DNA of 64,000 bases from an uncultured Actinomycetes bacterium (lineage in GTDB: Bacteria > Actinomycetota > UBA4738 > HRBIN12). The position numbers and the translations under genes were made by a program. Shown piece after piece: positions 61,886-64,000 of the stretch (position 1 is the stretch's first letter; each line of letters starts with the position of its first letter). The notes beneath the pieces were generated by a model that did not search any database, had not been told where the DNA came from, and worked only from the letters and a program-made list of their open reading frames with translations. Where the stretch lies: positions 90,454 through 154,453 of the forward strand of contig CAVZUW010000002.1 of assembly GCA_963778545.1 (NCBI GenBank), written 5' to 3'.

Positions 61886-62562
61886 GCGCCCGGGACCTGG
61901 GGGGGATCGCCGCCGAGATCGTCGCCTGCCGCGCCTGCCCTCGGTTGGTCGAGTGGCGCGAGCGGGTCGCGCGCGAGAAGATCGCCCGTTTCGCCGATCA
62001 GACGTACTGGGGTCGGCCGGTCCCGGGCTTCGGGGACCCGGCCGCGCGCATCCTCATCGTCGGGCTCGCGCCGGCCGCGCACGGGGGCAACCGGACCGGC
62101 CGGATCTTCACGGGCGACCGCTCGGGCGACTTCCTGTATGCCTCGTTGCATCGCGCGGGTCTGTCGAACCAGTCCACCTCGGTGTCTCGCGACGACGGCC
62201 TCCGCCTGACCGGCGCGTACCTGTCCGCGGTCAACCGGTGCGCACCGCCGAACAACAAGCCCACCCCGGCCGAACGCGACGCGTGCCTCCCCTTCCTCGA
62301 ACGCGAGATCGCAGCGCTCGAGCGGCTCCGCGTGCTCGTCGCGCTCGGGGCGTTCGCCTGGGACGGTGCGCTGCGCGCCCTGTCCGGGCTCGGGCATGCC
62401 ACGAGGCCGCGCCCTCGGTTCGGGCACGCGGCGGAGGTATCGCTCGGGCCCTTCGCGCTGGTCGGCTCGTACCACCCGAGCCAGCAGAACACGTTCACCG
62501 GCACGCTCACGCCGCAGATGCTCGACGAGGTATTCGAGCGCGCGGTCGCGCTCGCCGGCTGA
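61882..62562 (+). CDS. udgB: Uracil-DNA glycosylase family 5
   Basis: [40 protein letters not shown]. Confidence 0.93.
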   Translation: MSARDLGGIAAEIVACRACPRLVEWRERVAREKIARFADQTYWGRPVPGFGDPAARILIVGLAPAAHGGNRTGRIFTGDRSGDFLYASLHRAGLSNQSTSVSRDDGLRLTGAYLSAVNRCAPPNNKPTPAERDACLPFLEREIAALERLRVLVALGAFAWDGALRALSGLGHATRPRPRFGHAAEVSLGPFALVGSYHPSQQNTFTGTLTPQMLDEVFERAVALAG

Positions 62563-63096
62563 TCAGTCGTCGCCCGAAGAGGGTTCCTCGCCCGGCGTGG
62601 CCGGGAACGCCGTCGTCCCGAACCTCGGGTCGTACCCGCCGGTCGCCTCGTCGCGACGGGCCTTGCCGGGGTCGAGCTTGCGGTAGAGCGGCAGACGGTT
62701 GATCTCGAGGATCACGAGGATGATGGCGCACGCCGCGACGGCGGAGAAGTAGAGGCCGGCGCCGGCGAGGATCCCGACCGCCGCGGCGGCCCACGACGAT
62801 GCCGCGGTCGTGAGTCCGAGGACCTGGCCCTGGCCGGTCATGTCGCGTTCGCGGAAGATCAGGCCCGCGCCGAGGAACCCGACGCCGGTGATCACGCCCG
62901 CGATCACCTTCTCGGCCGAGAGCGGGAAGAAGAGCGCACCGACGCCGGTCACCGCCGCCGCCCCGAGCGCCAGCAGGGCGAACGTCCGCTCGCCGGCCGA
63001 CTTGCCCCGGTACTCCCGCTCGAAGCCGATGACGTAACCGAGGAACGCGCCGAGCGCGATCCGCCCGATCAGGGTCGCCTGCTCGGGGAGGTCCAT
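62563..63096 (-). CDS. MgtC/SapB family membrane protein
   Basis: IGFERE..KSAGERT, TGVGFLGAG, GLTTAASSW. Confidence 0.9.
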   Translation of the reverse strand: MDLPEQATLIGRIALGAFLGYVIGFEREYRGKSAGERTFALLALGAAAVTGVGALFFPLSAEKVIAGVITGVGFLGAGLIFRERDMTGQGQVLGLTTAASSWAAAAVGILAGAGLYFSAVAACAIILVILEINRLPLYRKLDPGKARRDEATGGYDPRFGTTAFPATPGEEPSSGDD

Positions 63097-63167
63097 GACG
63101 CCAAGGGTAGCCCTCGCCGTGCGTGCCGGGGGAATACCAGTCGCAGCACGGTCTTATCCTGGAGGCC

Positions 63168-64000
63168 ATGGGAATGGGCATGGGGATGGGCAGGTACGGG
63201 CGCGCCCCCGCCCAGGAGGACGTTCGCCCGATCCGGGCCAAGACCGTCCGACGCGTGATCGGGACCTTCAGGCCCTACCGCCGGAAGGTGGCGTGGGTCG
63301 GGCTTGCGATCGTCGTGACGTCCGGCCTCGGTGTCGTGAACCCCCTGCTGATCAAGTGGATCTTCGACAACGGCCTGTTCGGTGACCCGGCCGGTTCCTG
63401 CTCGGGGCAGCCCTGTCCCCAGTTGGACACCGTGTACGTCGGTGTCGCGCTGATGATCGCGATCCCGATCGTCACGGGCGTGATCGGCGTGGGACAGACC
63501 TACCTCGCGAACTGGGTGGGACTTCGGGTCATGCAGGACCTCCGCAACGCGCTCTACTCCCACCTGCAGTTCATGCCCCTACGGTTCTTCACCACGACCC
63601 GCACCGGCGAGATCCAGTCGCGGATCGCGAACGACGTCGGCGGCGTGCAGTCGGTGTTCACCGACACCGTCTCCAGCATCCTGTCGAACATCGTCGTGAT
63701 CGTGAGCACGCTGATCGCGATGCTCCTCCTGTCGTGGCAGCTCACGGTGCTGTCGCTGTTCATGCTCCCGTTCTTCCTTTGGCTCACGGTGAAGGTCGGT
63801 CGCGCGCGCCGGGAGGTGGCCACGAGCACGGCCAAGACGTACGCGGACCTGACCGCGGTCACCGAGGAGACCTTGTCGGTCTCCGGGATCTTGCTGTCGA
63901 AGTCCTTCGGGCGTCAGCGGCACGAGATCGGCCGCTTCCAGGACGAGAACGAGCGCCTGACCGGTCTGCAGATGCGGCAGACGATGATCGGCCGGTCGTT
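63168..64000 (+). CDS. ABC exporter, fused permease/ATPase; runs off the window end
   Basis: Manual translation: MGMGMGMGRYG..., VMQDLRNALYSHLQFMPLRFFTTTRTGEIQSRIANDVGGVQ, ETLSVSG. Confidence 0.9.
   Translation, partial: MGMGMGMGRYGRAPAQEDVRPIRAKTVRRVIGTFRPYRRKVAWVGLAIVVTSGLGVVNPLLIKWIFDNGLFGDPAGSCSGQPCPQLDTVYVGVALMIAIPIVTGVIGVGQTYLANWVGLRVMQDLRNALYSHLQFMPLRFFTTTRTGEIQSRIANDVGGVQSVFTDTVSSILSNIVVIVSTLIAMLLLSWQLTVLSLFMLPFFLWLTVKVGRARREVATSTAKTYADLTAVTEETLSVSGILLSKSFGRQRHEIGRFQDENERLTGLQMRQTMIGRS

Noticed and set aside
63168-63191. MGMGMGMG repeat at the ABC exporter N-terminus
   Set aside because: Ordinary low-complexity N-terminal tail for this family.

Overview
High-GC (roughly 70% by eye) core-chromosome segment of an actinobacterium, probably an uncultured Actinomycetota lineage (inferred from SigH/RshA, SigK-like sigma, DUF5319, UPF0182, LigD-Ku, UdgB and many leaderless starts). 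About 70 densely packed genes: two ECF sigma/anti-sigma pairs, glpX, pgsA, ndh, tldD/tldE, rmuC, a P450, ligD-ku, glnB-glnD, a nucleoside-type ABC transporter, upp, DAHP synthase, moaE-mreB, UPF0182, initiator tRNA-Met, ftsH, nth and udgB. No mobile elements or CRISPR arrays were seen. Twelve frame breaks in 11 genes are each repairable by deleting one base and are most likely sequencing insertions. Strongest observations: (1) a nearly leaderless 16-aa leader peptide, MRETFGFWFYGGRCPA, with alternative hairpins upstream of the DAHP synthase gene, i.e. a candidate attenuator reading Phe, Trp and Tyr together; (2) a GT2 glycosyltransferase fused to a CysRS-type anticodon-binding domain; (3) a candidate ECF promoter motif at three loci; (4) translationally coupled small ORFs around tldD/E.
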